Part shown: positions 16,947 to 26,013 of the stretch, one piece after another | Layout of the letters: the number at the start of each line of letters is the position of its first letter | How positions within the stretch are numbered: position 1 is the first letter of the stretch | Source of the DNA: Bacteroidota bacterium | Lineage (GTDB): Bacteria; Bacteroidota; Bacteroidia; Flavobacteriales_F; PHOS-HE28 | Direction of reading: 5' to 3' | Assembly: GCA_018266475.1 (NCBI GenBank) | Contig: JAFEAI010000032.1 | Span: forward strand, 1 to 61,286 | DNA length: 61,286 nucleotides | Translations under genes and position numbers: made by a program | Notes under the pieces: generated by a model | The model's input: the letters and a program-made list of their open reading frames with translations, nothing else | Database searches by the model: none | What the model was told of the DNA's origin: nothing

Positions 16947-19478
16947 GCGCAGGTGCAGCAAATAGCCTCCCGCCGCCAGCGGCGCCACGTCCACCACGGG
17001 ATTACCGGCACGCAGCACGCCCTTCAGCACTGTACGGCCACCGCTGTCCAGCACCTCGTACGGCAGGTTGTCCAGCACACCGGCGGGTCCGCTGAGGTGC
17101 AGGCTTCCTGATGCGGGCACGGGCCACGCGGCCACCGGTTGCGGGCCGGGCGGGCGCAAGCCCACGGTGAAGATGAACACGGTGTCCGAGTTTGCGGAGC
17201 AGCCCAAGCTGTCCGTAACATGCACGTGGTAGTGCCCGTTCTCCACCGCCTCATGGGCCTGTGCCTCGGCCCCGGGGATCGGCGCGTCCTCAAAATACCA
17301 CTGGTAGCTTGCCGCAGGCGTGCTTTCCATGGAAATGCCGTCCAGGGTGATGGTGGCCACCGGCAAGGGGTTTGGCGCCAGGATGAGCGTATCGCTGCGG
17401 CCGATGCAGCCCATGGTGTTCTGCGCGGTGAGGCGCAGCGTGTCCCCGGAAGTCCAAGTTGCACGCTGGGTACTGCCCGTGTTCCACCAGTAGCGGTACA
17501 TGAAGTCGGGGCCGGACACCTGCACGCTGTCGCCCATGCAAAGCGCGCCCGAGGTGGTGAGTGGCACGTTGAAATTGGTGGAGACCAGGGCTGCGAAGGC
17601 ATTGACCTTTCCATTGCCGAAGCTCACGTTCGGCAGGGCACCTGTAAAATCATCCGCGAAAGCCGCGCCGATGATGGCATTGCGCACCTGCACGTTGGAG
17701 CTGCGCGGGCATTTCTCCAGCAGCAGCGCGGCGGTGCCGGCCACTACGGGCGATGCGATGGAGGTGCCTCCATTGCGCATGTGCAGGGTGTCTATCAGCT
17801 TGGCCGGCACCACCGCCAGCATCAGCTGCAGCAGGTCCAGCGGGCCTGCCCCGAAGGTGACGTCGCCCGGGGCGGCCACATCGGGCTTCACCAAGCCGGT
17901 GCGTGCCGGGCCGCGGCTGCTGTTCACGCTGATGGCGCCGGAGGTGCCGCCCAGGTCTTGCACCACCCCGGCCACATCGGTGTACACCTGCTGGTTGTAG
18001 TAGTTGCCCACGGTAAGCACCTGCGGGGAACAGGCCCATGAATCCACGATGCTCTGCTCGGTATCCGGCCGCACATACTGCGCAATGGGCGGAAAATCCG
18101 CCGGGTCGGGGATGTCCGCGATCATCCGCGAGGTGCCCATGATGTCCGTGCTCCACACGTCAAACCGCCCTGCGCCGGTGGTCATGAACCGGTACAGCAG
18201 CTGGTCTGCGGAATCGGGCTGCGGGATGTACACTTCCAGGTGGTACTGCCCTCCGCGCAGCTGGGCCTGGGTAAACACGCGGCCCAGCTTGTTCCCGTCC
18301 ACGGACCAGAGGGTGTCCACCACGATCTGGCCCAGGGTGCCCTGTATGTGCCGGAAGGGCGTGCGGCCCCGGAAGGCGTAGCCACCGATGTACTTGTCGG
18401 CGCCCATGCTGTAGCCCACCTGGTTGAACTCGGCGGAATCCGCCCACAGGTCGAAATAGACCGCGCCGATGTTGAGCATGCTCGCGGGATTGTAGGCGAA
18501 CCAGGTAAAGCTGGTGTCGGCGCCCACCTCGGTGCGCAGGTGGTAGGCCGGCCAGTTTCCGCTGTTGCCTGCGGCGCAGGTGAGCGACCGGCCGGGTGCG
18601 GCGGCCAGCAGCTGGTCGATCATCAGTGCGGCGGGATCGAGGCCGTCGTGGCTGCCGAAATAATCGCCGAGGCTCAGGTTGATGGACACCGGCCGGTTCA
18701 TCTGCGCGGCCTGCTCCACGATCCAGCGCACGGCATCCACCACGGTGGAACTCCAGTTCGGGGCATCCAGTTTGTTGGTCACAATGAGGAGGCCCGCCTT
18801 GGGCGCCACGCCGGCGCAATGGCCGTTGCCATTGGCATTGGCGGCAGCCGTGGCGGCCACTGTGCTGCCATGGCCCCATTGGCTGGGCATGTCCACGGCC
18901 GGGCAATTGCCCGCGTTGATGGCGGCGCTGTCCCAGGCTTGCCCATAGCCGTAGCCGGACGGTGTTTGCCAGGGATCGTACGCGAAGTTCTGGTCCCAGT
19001 AGCGCAGCACGCGGGTGCGGCCCAGCGAATCCTGGAAATCAGGATGGTGCAGTTCGATGCCCGTATCAATGATGCCCATCAGCACGCCTTCCCCCTGATA
19101 GGGTCCCGGCAATGGGGCAAGCCCTTCATGCACTTCGTTCACATGGGCCTTCACGCGCATGCTGTCGTTCAGCGTCCTTCCCCGCGACAGGCTGAACACC
19201 ACGGAGCGCACGGCCGGCTCTGCTTCCAGTTCCTTCACCCGTCCAGTGGGCACGGAAGCCTGCACCCATCCCTCAATGGCCATCTTCACCCGCCCGCCAT
19301 GGCGCAGCACCACACGCGCCACTTCCGGGGCATCCCCGCCCAGGAACAGGTCCGTTTCGCCTGCGGGATCAGCGGTTTGCAGCCAGGTCTGCAGCTGGAA
19401 CCCCAGCTTGGAGGGGCCTTGGGCCATGGCACCCGGCGAAAGAAGGACGAAGGCGAGAACGATCAGCAGTGGTCTCAT
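16905..19478 (-). CDS. S8 (subtilisin-family) peptidase with T9SS type-A C-terminal sorting domain
   Basis: Asp/His/Ser contexts GIIDTGIELHHPDF, GHGSTVAATAAA and GGTSIASPVVAGTAALLLE. Signal peptide MRPLLIVLAFVLLSPGAMAQ (ATG at 19478; the ORF-track start at 19484 is GTG). C-terminal ...GGYLLHLRGMPGGTGLRFIRE. Confidence 0.9.
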   Translation of the reverse strand: MRPLLIVLAFVLLSPGAMAQGPSKLGFQLQTWLQTADPAGETDLFLGGDAPEVARVVLRHGGRVKMAIEGWVQASVPTGRVKELEAEPAVRSVVFSLSRGRTLNDSMRVKAHVNEVHEGLAPLPGPYQGEGVLMGIIDTGIELHHPDFQDSLGRTRVLRYWDQNFAYDPWQTPSGYGYGQAWDSAAINAGNCPAVDMPSQWGHGSTVAATAAANANGNGHCAGVAPKAGLLIVTNKLDAPNWSSTVVDAVRWIVEQAAQMNRPVSINLSLGDYFGSHDGLDPAALMIDQLLAAAPGRSLTCAAGNSGNWPAYHLRTEVGADTSFTWFAYNPASMLNIGAVYFDLWADSAEFNQVGYSMGADKYIGGYAFRGRTPFRHIQGTLGQIVVDTLWSVDGNKLGRVFTQAQLRGGQYHLEVYIPQPDSADQLLYRFMTTGAGRFDVWSTDIMGTSRMIADIPDPADFPPIAQYVRPDTEQSIVDSWACSPQVLTVGNYYNQQVYTDVAGVVQDLGGTSGAISVNSSRGPARTGLVKPDVAAPGDVTFGAGPLDLLQLMLAVVPAKLIDTLHMRNGGTSIASPVVAGTAALLLEKCPRSSNVQVRNAIIGAAFADDFTGALPNVSFGNGKVNAFAALVSTNFNVPLTTSGALCMGDSVQVSGPDFMYRYWWNTGSTQRATWTSGDTLRLTAQNTMGCIGRSDTLILAPNPLPVATITLDGISMESTPAASYQWYFEDAPIPGAEAQAHEAVENGHYHVHVTDSLGCSANSDTVFIFTVGLRPPGPQPVAAWPVPASGSLHLSGPAGVLDNLPYEVLDSGGRTVLKGVLRAGNPVVDVAPLAAGGYLLHLRGMPGGTGLRFIRE

Positions 19479-19502
19479 CGGCACGAAGTTAACCGGGCCG
19501 CT

Positions 19503-19973
19503 TCAGTGCCCGCCTGCGGTTGCACATAGTTCTTCATAATCCGGCAGTGTCTTCAGGAACTGCACCATCCCGCCGGCATGGTCCACGTGGCAAATAAAAT
19601 GGACCAGTCCGTTGGTGACCATCAGGTACGGCACCTTGAAAACCGTGTTGTAGCGCGCGGCCTGCTCAAAGGTGCCTTGGTCCACCTTCACCTCCGGGGC
19701 CTTGCACTCCACCAGCAGCACGGGCCGCCCTTGGCGGTCATGCACCACCACGTCGGCCCGGCGGGTCATCCGGTTCACCACCAATTTGCGCTCCACGGCC
19801 AGCAGGGAAAGCGGGCAGCCCGCCTGGTGGACCAGGTAGTTCAGCACATGCTGGCGCACCCACTCCTCGGGTGTCAAGGCCACCCAGCGGCGGCGCACGG
19901 GATCAAAGATCCGGGCACCATCGGCATCCTGTTTAGTTTTGACACCGTGGTCCGGCAGGTTCAATGCTTGCAT
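19503..19973 (-). CDS. stand-alone HsdR N-terminal (PD-(D/E)xK-like) domain protein
   Basis: PEEWVRQHVLNYLV...RRADVVVHDRQGRPVLLVECKAPEVKV...QAARYN...YLMVTNG is typical of type I restriction enzyme HsdR_N-domain proteins. ATG at 19973. Confidence 0.68.
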   Translation of the reverse strand: MQALNLPDHGVKTKQDADGARIFDPVRRRWVALTPEEWVRQHVLNYLVHQAGCPLSLLAVERKLVVNRMTRRADVVVHDRQGRPVLLVECKAPEVKVDQGTFEQAARYNTVFKVPYLMVTNGLVHFICHVDHAGGMVQFLKTLPDYEELCATAGGH

Positions 19974-19998
19974 CCACACACACAAAAGCCCTGCAAAA

Positions 19999-20772
19999 GT
20001 GCATACCAAGGAAGAAATCGTGAAGAACTGGCTGCCGCGCTACACCGGCGTGCCGCTGGAAGCCTTCAAACGCTACGTGCTGCTCACCAACTTCGACAAC
20101 TACCTGGACCTGTTCATGCGGCAGACCGGGGCGGTGCTGCACGGGGAAGGCAAGCCCATGCAGGTGGCCATTGCCGAGGACATGGTGATGATCAACTTCG
20201 GCATGGGCAGCCCCACGGCGGCCACCATCATGGACCTGCTGAGCGCGATCATGCCCAAGGCCGTGCTGTTCCTGGGGAAATGCGGCGGCCTGAAACGGAA
20301 AAACCAATTGGGCGACCTGATCCTGCCCATTGCCGCCATCCGCGGAGAGGGCACCAGCAACGACTACTTCCCGCCCGAAGTGCCCGCCCTGCCCAGCTTC
20401 ATGATCCACCGCGCCGTGAGCGGCGTGATCCGCGACATGGAGCTTGATTACTGGAGCGGCACCGTGTACACCACCAACCGCCGCGTGTGGGAGCACGATG
20501 AGGACTTCAAGCAACGCCTGCGCACGGACCGTTGCATGGCCGTGGACATGGAAACGGCCACCATCTTCATCACCGGCTTCCACAACGAGATCCCCACCGG
20601 CGCCTTGCTGCTGGTGAGCGACCAGCCCATGATCCCCGAGGGCGTAAAGACGGGCGACAGCGACAGGAAGGTCACCGGCAGCTTTGCGGAAAACCACGTG
20701 AAGGTGGGCATCGCCTCCCTGCGCGACATCATCAACGAAGGGCGTTCGGTGAAGCACCTGCGCTTTGAATGA
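19999..20772 (+). CDS. amn: AMP nucleosidase (short, catalytic-domain form)
   Basis: (V/M)HTKEEIVKNWLPRYTGVPLEAF...NFGMGSPTAATIMDLL...FLGKCGGLK...AAIRGEGTS...MAVDMETATIF. The GTG at 19999 is my preferred start; the ORF-track start at 19939 is TTG. Confidence 0.72.
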   Translation: MHTKEEIVKNWLPRYTGVPLEAFKRYVLLTNFDNYLDLFMRQTGAVLHGEGKPMQVAIAEDMVMINFGMGSPTAATIMDLLSAIMPKAVLFLGKCGGLKRKNQLGDLILPIAAIRGEGTSNDYFPPEVPALPSFMIHRAVSGVIRDMELDYWSGTVYTTNRRVWEHDEDFKQRLRTDRCMAVDMETATIFITGFHNEIPTGALLLVSDQPMIPEGVKTGDSDRKVTGSFAENHVKVGIASLRDIINEGRSVKHLRFE

Positions 20773-21785
20773 GCACCACGGACGATTTCCGGAAGATCAG
20801 GCGGGACGTGGCCGCAGGAGCATTCAAGCAGGTGTACTTCCTGCACGGCGACGAACCCTTCTTCATCGACCGCCTGTCCGACGAAATTGAGCATGCGGCG
20901 CTGCAGGAGCACGAACGCGATTTCAACCTCTCCATCCTGTACGGCAAGGACACCTCGCCGGATGCAGTGACGGACACCTGCCTGCGCTATCCCATGATGG
21001 CCGAACGGCAGGTGGTGGTGCTGCGCGAGGCGCAAACATGGCGCATCGAAGCCTTCGACAAGCTGGAGGCCTATTTCAAGAACCCCACGCCCACCACCGT
21101 GCTGGTGATCTGCTACAAGCACAAGAAGGCCGACGGGCGCAAAACCTGGCTGAAGGACCTGGGCAAGAAGCAGGTGGTGTTCACCAGCGAAAAGCTCAAG
21201 GAGGAGAAACTTCCCGAATGGATCCAGCTGTACGTGAAATCGCACAAGCGCCAGATAGGGCCGGTTGAATCCAAGCTGCTGGCCGACCACCTGGGCAGCG
21301 ACCTGGGCAAGCTCACCAACGAGGTGGAAAAGCTCTGCATAGTCACCGATGAGGGCAAGGCCATCACCGCAGACCTGATCCAGCGCAATGTGGGCATCAG
21401 CAAGGAGTTCAACATCTTCGAGCTGCAAAAGGCCATGGGCGCCGGAGACCATTACAAGGCCCAGCGCATCGCGCAATTCCTTGGCACGGACAAGAACTCG
21501 CCCTTGGTGATGACCGTGGGCCTGCTGAGCTCCTACTTTGCCAAGCTGGGCGTGGTGCATGCCAATGCCGGCAAACAGCAGGGCGAGTTGGCCGCCGCAC
21601 TGAAGGTGCCGCCGTTCTTTGTGAAGGACTATGCCCAGGCCGCACGCCTCTACCCACCTGAAAAGCTTCAGCACATACACCACTTGCTGCGCGAAACCGA
21701 CCTGAAGAGCAAAGGTGTGGGCAATGCCGGTGCCAATGACGGGGAGCTGCTGCGCGAGCTGGTGGCCAGGGTGATGCTTTCTTGA
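20769..21785 (+). CDS. holA: DNA polymerase III subunit delta
   Basis: FKQVYFLHGDEPFFIDRLSDEIE, VVVLREAQ, FELQKAM; 338 aa. The ATG overlaps the upstream stop (ATGA). Confidence 0.85.
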   Translation: MSTTDDFRKIRRDVAAGAFKQVYFLHGDEPFFIDRLSDEIEHAALQEHERDFNLSILYGKDTSPDAVTDTCLRYPMMAERQVVVLREAQTWRIEAFDKLEAYFKNPTPTTVLVICYKHKKADGRKTWLKDLGKKQVVFTSEKLKEEKLPEWIQLYVKSHKRQIGPVESKLLADHLGSDLGKLTNEVEKLCIVTDEGKAITADLIQRNVGISKEFNIFELQKAMGAGDHYKAQRIAQFLGTDKNSPLVMTVGLLSSYFAKLGVVHANAGKQQGELAAALKVPPFFVKDYAQAARLYPPEKLQHIHHLLRETDLKSKGVGNAGANDGELLRELVARVMLS

Positions 21786-21788
21786 GGG

Positions 21789-21870
21789 GCTTGAGTCGGG
21801 AGTCCTTGAGTCGGGAGTCGGCAGTCGGCAGTCGGGACTGACGGCTCAAGACTCCAGGACTCACGACTTG
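21789..21870. repeat. palindromic heptamer array: (G/C)AGTCGG x about 6, then GACTCNN-type complements
   Basis: ttgagtcgggagtccttgagtcgggagtcggcagtcggcagtcgggactgacggctcaagactccaggactcacgacttgg. It starts 3 nt after the holA stop. Confidence 0.85.
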
Positions 21871-21899
21871 GAAGAACCACCGGTACCTTCGCAGCCCTG

Positions 21900-24623
21900 A
21901 TGGAAAAAATAGAACTTCCCAAGCGCTACGAGGCAAAAGCCGTAGAGGACAAGTGGTACCCGCATTGGCTGGAAAAAGGCTACTTCCACAGCGTGCCCGA
22001 CGGACGCGAACCCTACACCGTGGTAATCCCCCCGCCCAACGTGACCGGCGTGCTGCACATGGGCCACATGCTGAACAACACCATCCAGGACGTGCTGGTG
22101 CGCCGCGCGCGGATGCAGGGCAAGAACGCCTGCTGGGTGCCCGGCACGGACCACGCCAGCATCGCCACCGAAGCCAAGGTGGTGAAGTTGCTGGCCGAGC
22201 AAGGCATCAAGAAGAGCGCCATTGGACGGGAGGAATTCCTCAAACACGCCTTTGCCTGGAAGGAGAAGTACGGCGGCGTGATCCTGGAGCAACTGAAGAA
22301 GCTCGGCGCCAGCTGCGACTGGGACCGCACGCGCTTCACCATGGAACCGGACCTCAGCGAGGCGGTGATCGACGTGTTCATCGACCTGCACAAAAAGTGC
22401 CTCATTTACCGCGACTTCCGCATGGTGAACTGGGACCCCGTGGCCCTTACCGCCGTGAGCGACGAGGAAGTGATCCACAAGGAAGTGAACTCCAAGCTGG
22501 TGCATGTGCGCTACAAAGTGGAATCCCTAACCCCCGGCCCCTCTCCCGGGGAGAGCGGAGCGGGGGATGAGGGCGAATACATCACGATCGCCACCACACG
22601 GCCCGAGACCATTCCCGGCGATACCGCCGTGGCAGTGCATCCGGACGACCCGCGCTACGCGCACCTCAAGGGCAGGCGCGTGATCGTGCCCTTGGTGAAC
22701 CGCCTGGTGCCCGTGATCTTCGACGACTACGTGGACCGTGAGTTCGGCACCGGCGCACTGAAGGTGACCCCCGCGCACGACACCAACGACCACGAGATCG
22801 GCAAGCGTCACAAGCTGCAGGTGATCGACACGCTGGAACCCAACGGCACCATGAGCGCGGCTGCGCAGGTGTGCGTGGGCGAGGACCGCTTCGTGGCCCG
22901 GAAGAAGATCATCAAACTGCTGGAAGAGGCGGGCCACGTGGTGAAGGTGGAGGATATCGTGAACAAGATCGGCGTGAGCGAACGCACCGATGCCGTGATC
23001 GAGCCGCGCCTCAGCCTGCAATGGTTCGTAAAGATGGCCGAGCTGGCCAAGCCCGCGCTGGAGGTGGTAAACAATGGCCAAGTGAAGCTGCATCCGCAGA
23101 AGTTCGCCAACACGTACCGCCACTGGATGGAGAATGTGCGCGACTGGTGCATCAGCCGCCAACTGTGGTGGGGCCAGCGCATCCCGGCATGGTACAACGA
23201 GGCCGGAGACGTAGTGGTGTGCAAGACCGAAGCCGAGGCCATTGTGCAATTCAAGGCCGCAGGGCAAAGCACCAGCGGCATCCGCCAGGACGAGGACGTG
23301 ATGGACACCTGGTTCAGCAGCTGGCTGTGGCCCATCAGCGTGTTCGACGGCTTCAAGGACCCGAACGGCGCGGACATCAAGTACTACTACCCCACCAACG
23401 ACCTGGTCACCGCGCCGGAGATCCTCTTCTTCTGGGTGGCGCGGATGATCATGGCCGGCATGGAGTACCGCAAGGAAGTGCCGTTCAAGAACGTGTACCT
23501 CACCGGCATCGTGCGCGACAAGCAGGGCCGCAAGATGAGCAAGAGCTTAGGCAACAGCCCGGATCCGCTGGAGCTGATCGCCAAGTATGGCGCGGACGGG
23601 GTGCGCGTGGGCATGCTCCTCTCCTCCCCCGCCGGCAACGACCTGCCCTTCGATGAATCCTTGTGCGAGCAGGGCCGCAATTTTTCCAACAAGATCTGGA
23701 ATGCGTTCCGCTTGGTGAAGGGCTGGAGCATAACCCCGCAAAACGCTGCCCTGAGCCCGTCGAAGGGCCAAAGTGATGAGCTCCGCTCAGGGCAACCTTC
23801 GGGGAATGAAGCCGCCATCGCCTGGATGCGCAGCCGCTTGCAGCGCACCACCGCCGAGCTGGAAGTGCTCTACGCCCAGTTCCGCATCAGCGAGGCGCTG
23901 ATGGCCACCTACAAGCTGATCTGGGACGATTTCTGCAGCTGGTACTTGGAGGCCGTGAAGCCCGCCTTCAAGGATGGCATGGCCGAGCCGATCGATGCGG
24001 CCACCTACGAAGCCACGCTCGCCCTCTTCGAGGACCTGCTGAAACTGCTGCATCCCTACATGCCCTTCCTCACCGAGGAACTGTGGCACCACCTGCGCGA
24101 ACGCAAGGAGGGAGAGGACATCATCATTGCGGCATGGCCGAAAGGCACGGCTGGCGATGCAACGCTGGAAGCCGAAGTGCAGCATGCCTTCGACCTGGTG
24201 ACTGCTGTGCGCGGCGTGCGCAATGAGCGCGGGCTTTCACCGAAGGAGACCCTTCAAGTTGGTCCATCGGGAGCGACACCATTAGGTGGCGCAACTGCTT
24301 CGCTCGTGGACAAACTGGCGAATACCGGACCGCTCGCCGGTCCGTTCAAGTCCATTCCCGCCGGTGCAACCGCAGTCTTCTCCGGAAGCACGGAATACGC
24401 GGTAATCCTCCCGGAAATGGACAGTGCCGCCGAAAGCGAAAAAGCACAGGAGGAGCTGAAGTACCTGCGCGGCTTCTTAGCCAGTGTGGAGAAGAAGCTC
24501 GGGAACGAGCGCTTCGTGAACGGCGCGCCCCCGGCGGTGCTGGAGAACGAGCGCAAGAAGAAAGCGGACACGGAAGCGAAGATCAAGGCACTGGAGGAAC
24601 GCATCGCACAGCTTCACGCCTGA
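21900..24623 (+). CDS. valS: valine--tRNA ligase
   Basis: PPPNVTGVLHMGHML (HIGH region), KMSKSLGN, TTRPETIPGD, and a C-terminal coiled coil. 907 aa including two in-frame repeat-element insertions (see findings). Confidence 0.95.
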   Translation: MEKIELPKRYEAKAVEDKWYPHWLEKGYFHSVPDGREPYTVVIPPPNVTGVLHMGHMLNNTIQDVLVRRARMQGKNACWVPGTDHASIATEAKVVKLLAEQGIKKSAIGREEFLKHAFAWKEKYGGVILEQLKKLGASCDWDRTRFTMEPDLSEAVIDVFIDLHKKCLIYRDFRMVNWDPVALTAVSDEEVIHKEVNSKLVHVRYKVESLTPGPSPGESGAGDEGEYITIATTRPETIPGDTAVAVHPDDPRYAHLKGRRVIVPLVNRLVPVIFDDYVDREFGTGALKVTPAHDTNDHEIGKRHKLQVIDTLEPNGTMSAAAQVCVGEDRFVARKKIIKLLEEAGHVVKVEDIVNKIGVSERTDAVIEPRLSLQWFVKMAELAKPALEVVNNGQVKLHPQKFANTYRHWMENVRDWCISRQLWWGQRIPAWYNEAGDVVVCKTEAEAIVQFKAAGQSTSGIRQDEDVMDTWFSSWLWPISVFDGFKDPNGADIKYYYPTNDLVTAPEILFFWVARMIMAGMEYRKEVPFKNVYLTGIVRDKQGRKMSKSLGNSPDPLELIAKYGADGVRVGMLLSSPAGNDLPFDESLCEQGRNFSNKIWNAFRLVKGWSITPQNAALSPSKGQSDELRSGQPSGNEAAIAWMRSRLQRTTAELEVLYAQFRISEALMATYKLIWDDFCSWYLEAVKPAFKDGMAEPIDAATYEATLALFEDLLKLLHPYMPFLTEELWHHLRERKEGEDIIIAAWPKGTAGDATLEAEVQHAFDLVTAVRGVRNERGLSPKETLQVGPSGATPLGGATASLVDKLANTGPLAGPFKSIPAGATAVFSGSTEYAVILPEMDSAAESEKAQEELKYLRGFLASVEKKLGNERFVNGAPPAVLENERKKKADTEAKIKALEERIAQLHA

Positions 24624-24632
24624 ACGACGTGA

Positions 24633-24911
24633 TCACTGCTTGATCACCCGTTGGTGTACCACACGCCCCTGTTCATCCGCCAACCGCAGGATGTACGGCC
24701 CGGCGGTCAATGCGCTCGCATCCACCACCGTGTCCGTTCCCGTGTAAGGCATCCGCAGCACTTCGCGGCCGGTGACATCCAGCAAGCGCAAGGCTTCTTG
24801 CCGCACGGCTACAGGGCCTTGCACGGTGAATGGGCACCAGCTCTGTGCCTGCGCCGCCACGCTGGCCATTGCAAAAGACCCGATCAAGATAGTGATATGC
24901 ATTCCGTTCAT
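24633..24911 (-). CDS. small secreted protein made only of a signal peptide plus a T9SS type-A sorting domain
   Basis: ORF 24633..25580 trimmed to the ATG at 24911: MNGMHITILIGSFAMASVAAQAQ / SWCPFTVQ...LLDVTGREVLRMPY...ALTAGPYILRLADEQGRVVHQRVIKQ (92 aa). Confidence 0.5.
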   Translation of the reverse strand: MNGMHITILIGSFAMASVAAQAQSWCPFTVQGPVAVRQEALRLLDVTGREVLRMPYTGTDTVVDASALTAGPYILRLADEQGRVVHQRVIKQ

Positions 24912-24959
24912 TGCTTGATCCATTTGGCCGATGCCCCATAGACACACCTTGCCCAAAAT

Positions 24960-25913
24960 ATGCTGCCCCGCCCCTGCCCGATCTACCTTCGCCGCATCGC
25001 CAGCCCGCTCACATACGCCGCCATCGACATCGGGTCCAACGCCGTGCGCCTGCTGATCGGCGATGTGGTGGAGCGCGAGGACCATCCGGTGATCAAAAAG
25101 ATCTCGCTGGTGCGCGTGCCCATCCGCTTGGGCGAGGACGTGTTCGCCAGCGGCGCCATCGGCAACGCCAAGCGCGACCAGTTGATCAAATCCTTGACGG
25201 CCTTCCGCCTGCTGTCCGAGGTATACAGCGTGCGCGCATTGCGCTGCTGCGCCACCAGTGCAATGCGGGAAGCGTCCAACGGCACCGAAGTGCAGGCCCT
25301 GGCCGAACGGGAAAGCGGGGTGGCCATCGAGCGGATCACGGGCACCACGGAAGCGGACCTGATCATGAGCACCTTTTGGACGCAGGACCTGCTGAAGGAC
25401 CGCAACTACCTGTACATCGACGTTGGCGGGGGCAGCACGGAGCTCACCTGGATCGAAAAAGGGCACCGCAAGCGCGCAGCCTCCTTCCCCATTGGCACGG
25501 TGCGCATGATCCAGCACAAGGCCACCATGCAGGCGTGGCGCGACCTGGGCGGGTTCCTGAAGGACCTGCGGGAGGAACACGGGCGTGTGATGGCCATTGG
25601 CACGGGGGGGAACATCAACCGGATCTTCAAGGAAAACCGCAATGCGTACGGCGAGCCGCTTTCACGCAAGGACATCCGCAAGCAGCGCGAGCGCATCGCG
25701 GCGTACAGCTTGGAAGACCGCGTGAAAAAGCTGCGCTTGCGCCCCGACCGCGCCGACGTGATCATCCCGGCGGCCGACATCTTCCTTTTCGTGATGGAGC
25801 ACGCGGGCATCGAGGAGGTCTTCGTGCCCAAGGTGGGCCTTGCGGACGGGATCATCTTCGACCTGTACACGAAGCAGTATGGGCGGGCGAAGTATGCGGC
25901 AGCGCAGGAGTAG
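24960..25913 (+). CDS. Ppx/GppA-family phosphatase (exopolyphosphatase-like)
   Basis: YAAIDIGSNAVRLLIGDV, CCATSAMREASNG, YIDVGGGSTEL; 317 aa. Confidence 0.85.
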   Translation: MLPRPCPIYLRRIASPLTYAAIDIGSNAVRLLIGDVVEREDHPVIKKISLVRVPIRLGEDVFASGAIGNAKRDQLIKSLTAFRLLSEVYSVRALRCCATSAMREASNGTEVQALAERESGVAIERITGTTEADLIMSTFWTQDLLKDRNYLYIDVGGGSTELTWIEKGHRKRAASFPIGTVRMIQHKATMQAWRDLGGFLKDLREEHGRVMAIGTGGNINRIFKENRNAYGEPLSRKDIRKQRERIAAYSLEDRVKKLRLRPDRADVIIPAADIFLFVMEHAGIEEVFVPKVGLADGIIFDLYTKQYGRAKYAAAQE

Positions 25914-26013
25914 GTGATCGGTGGTCCTTCCGGAATCTCAGATGTCGTGTGTCCTATTCTGTGGAAGTGGAACTAGCAGTGCCGCTCCGCTTTTGCACAT
26001 GGCATTTATGGTT

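Noticed and set aside
19503-19973. Type I restriction-modification system
   Set aside because: Only a stand-alone HsdR N-terminal-like domain is present. There are no HsdM, HsdS or helicase modules in the window.
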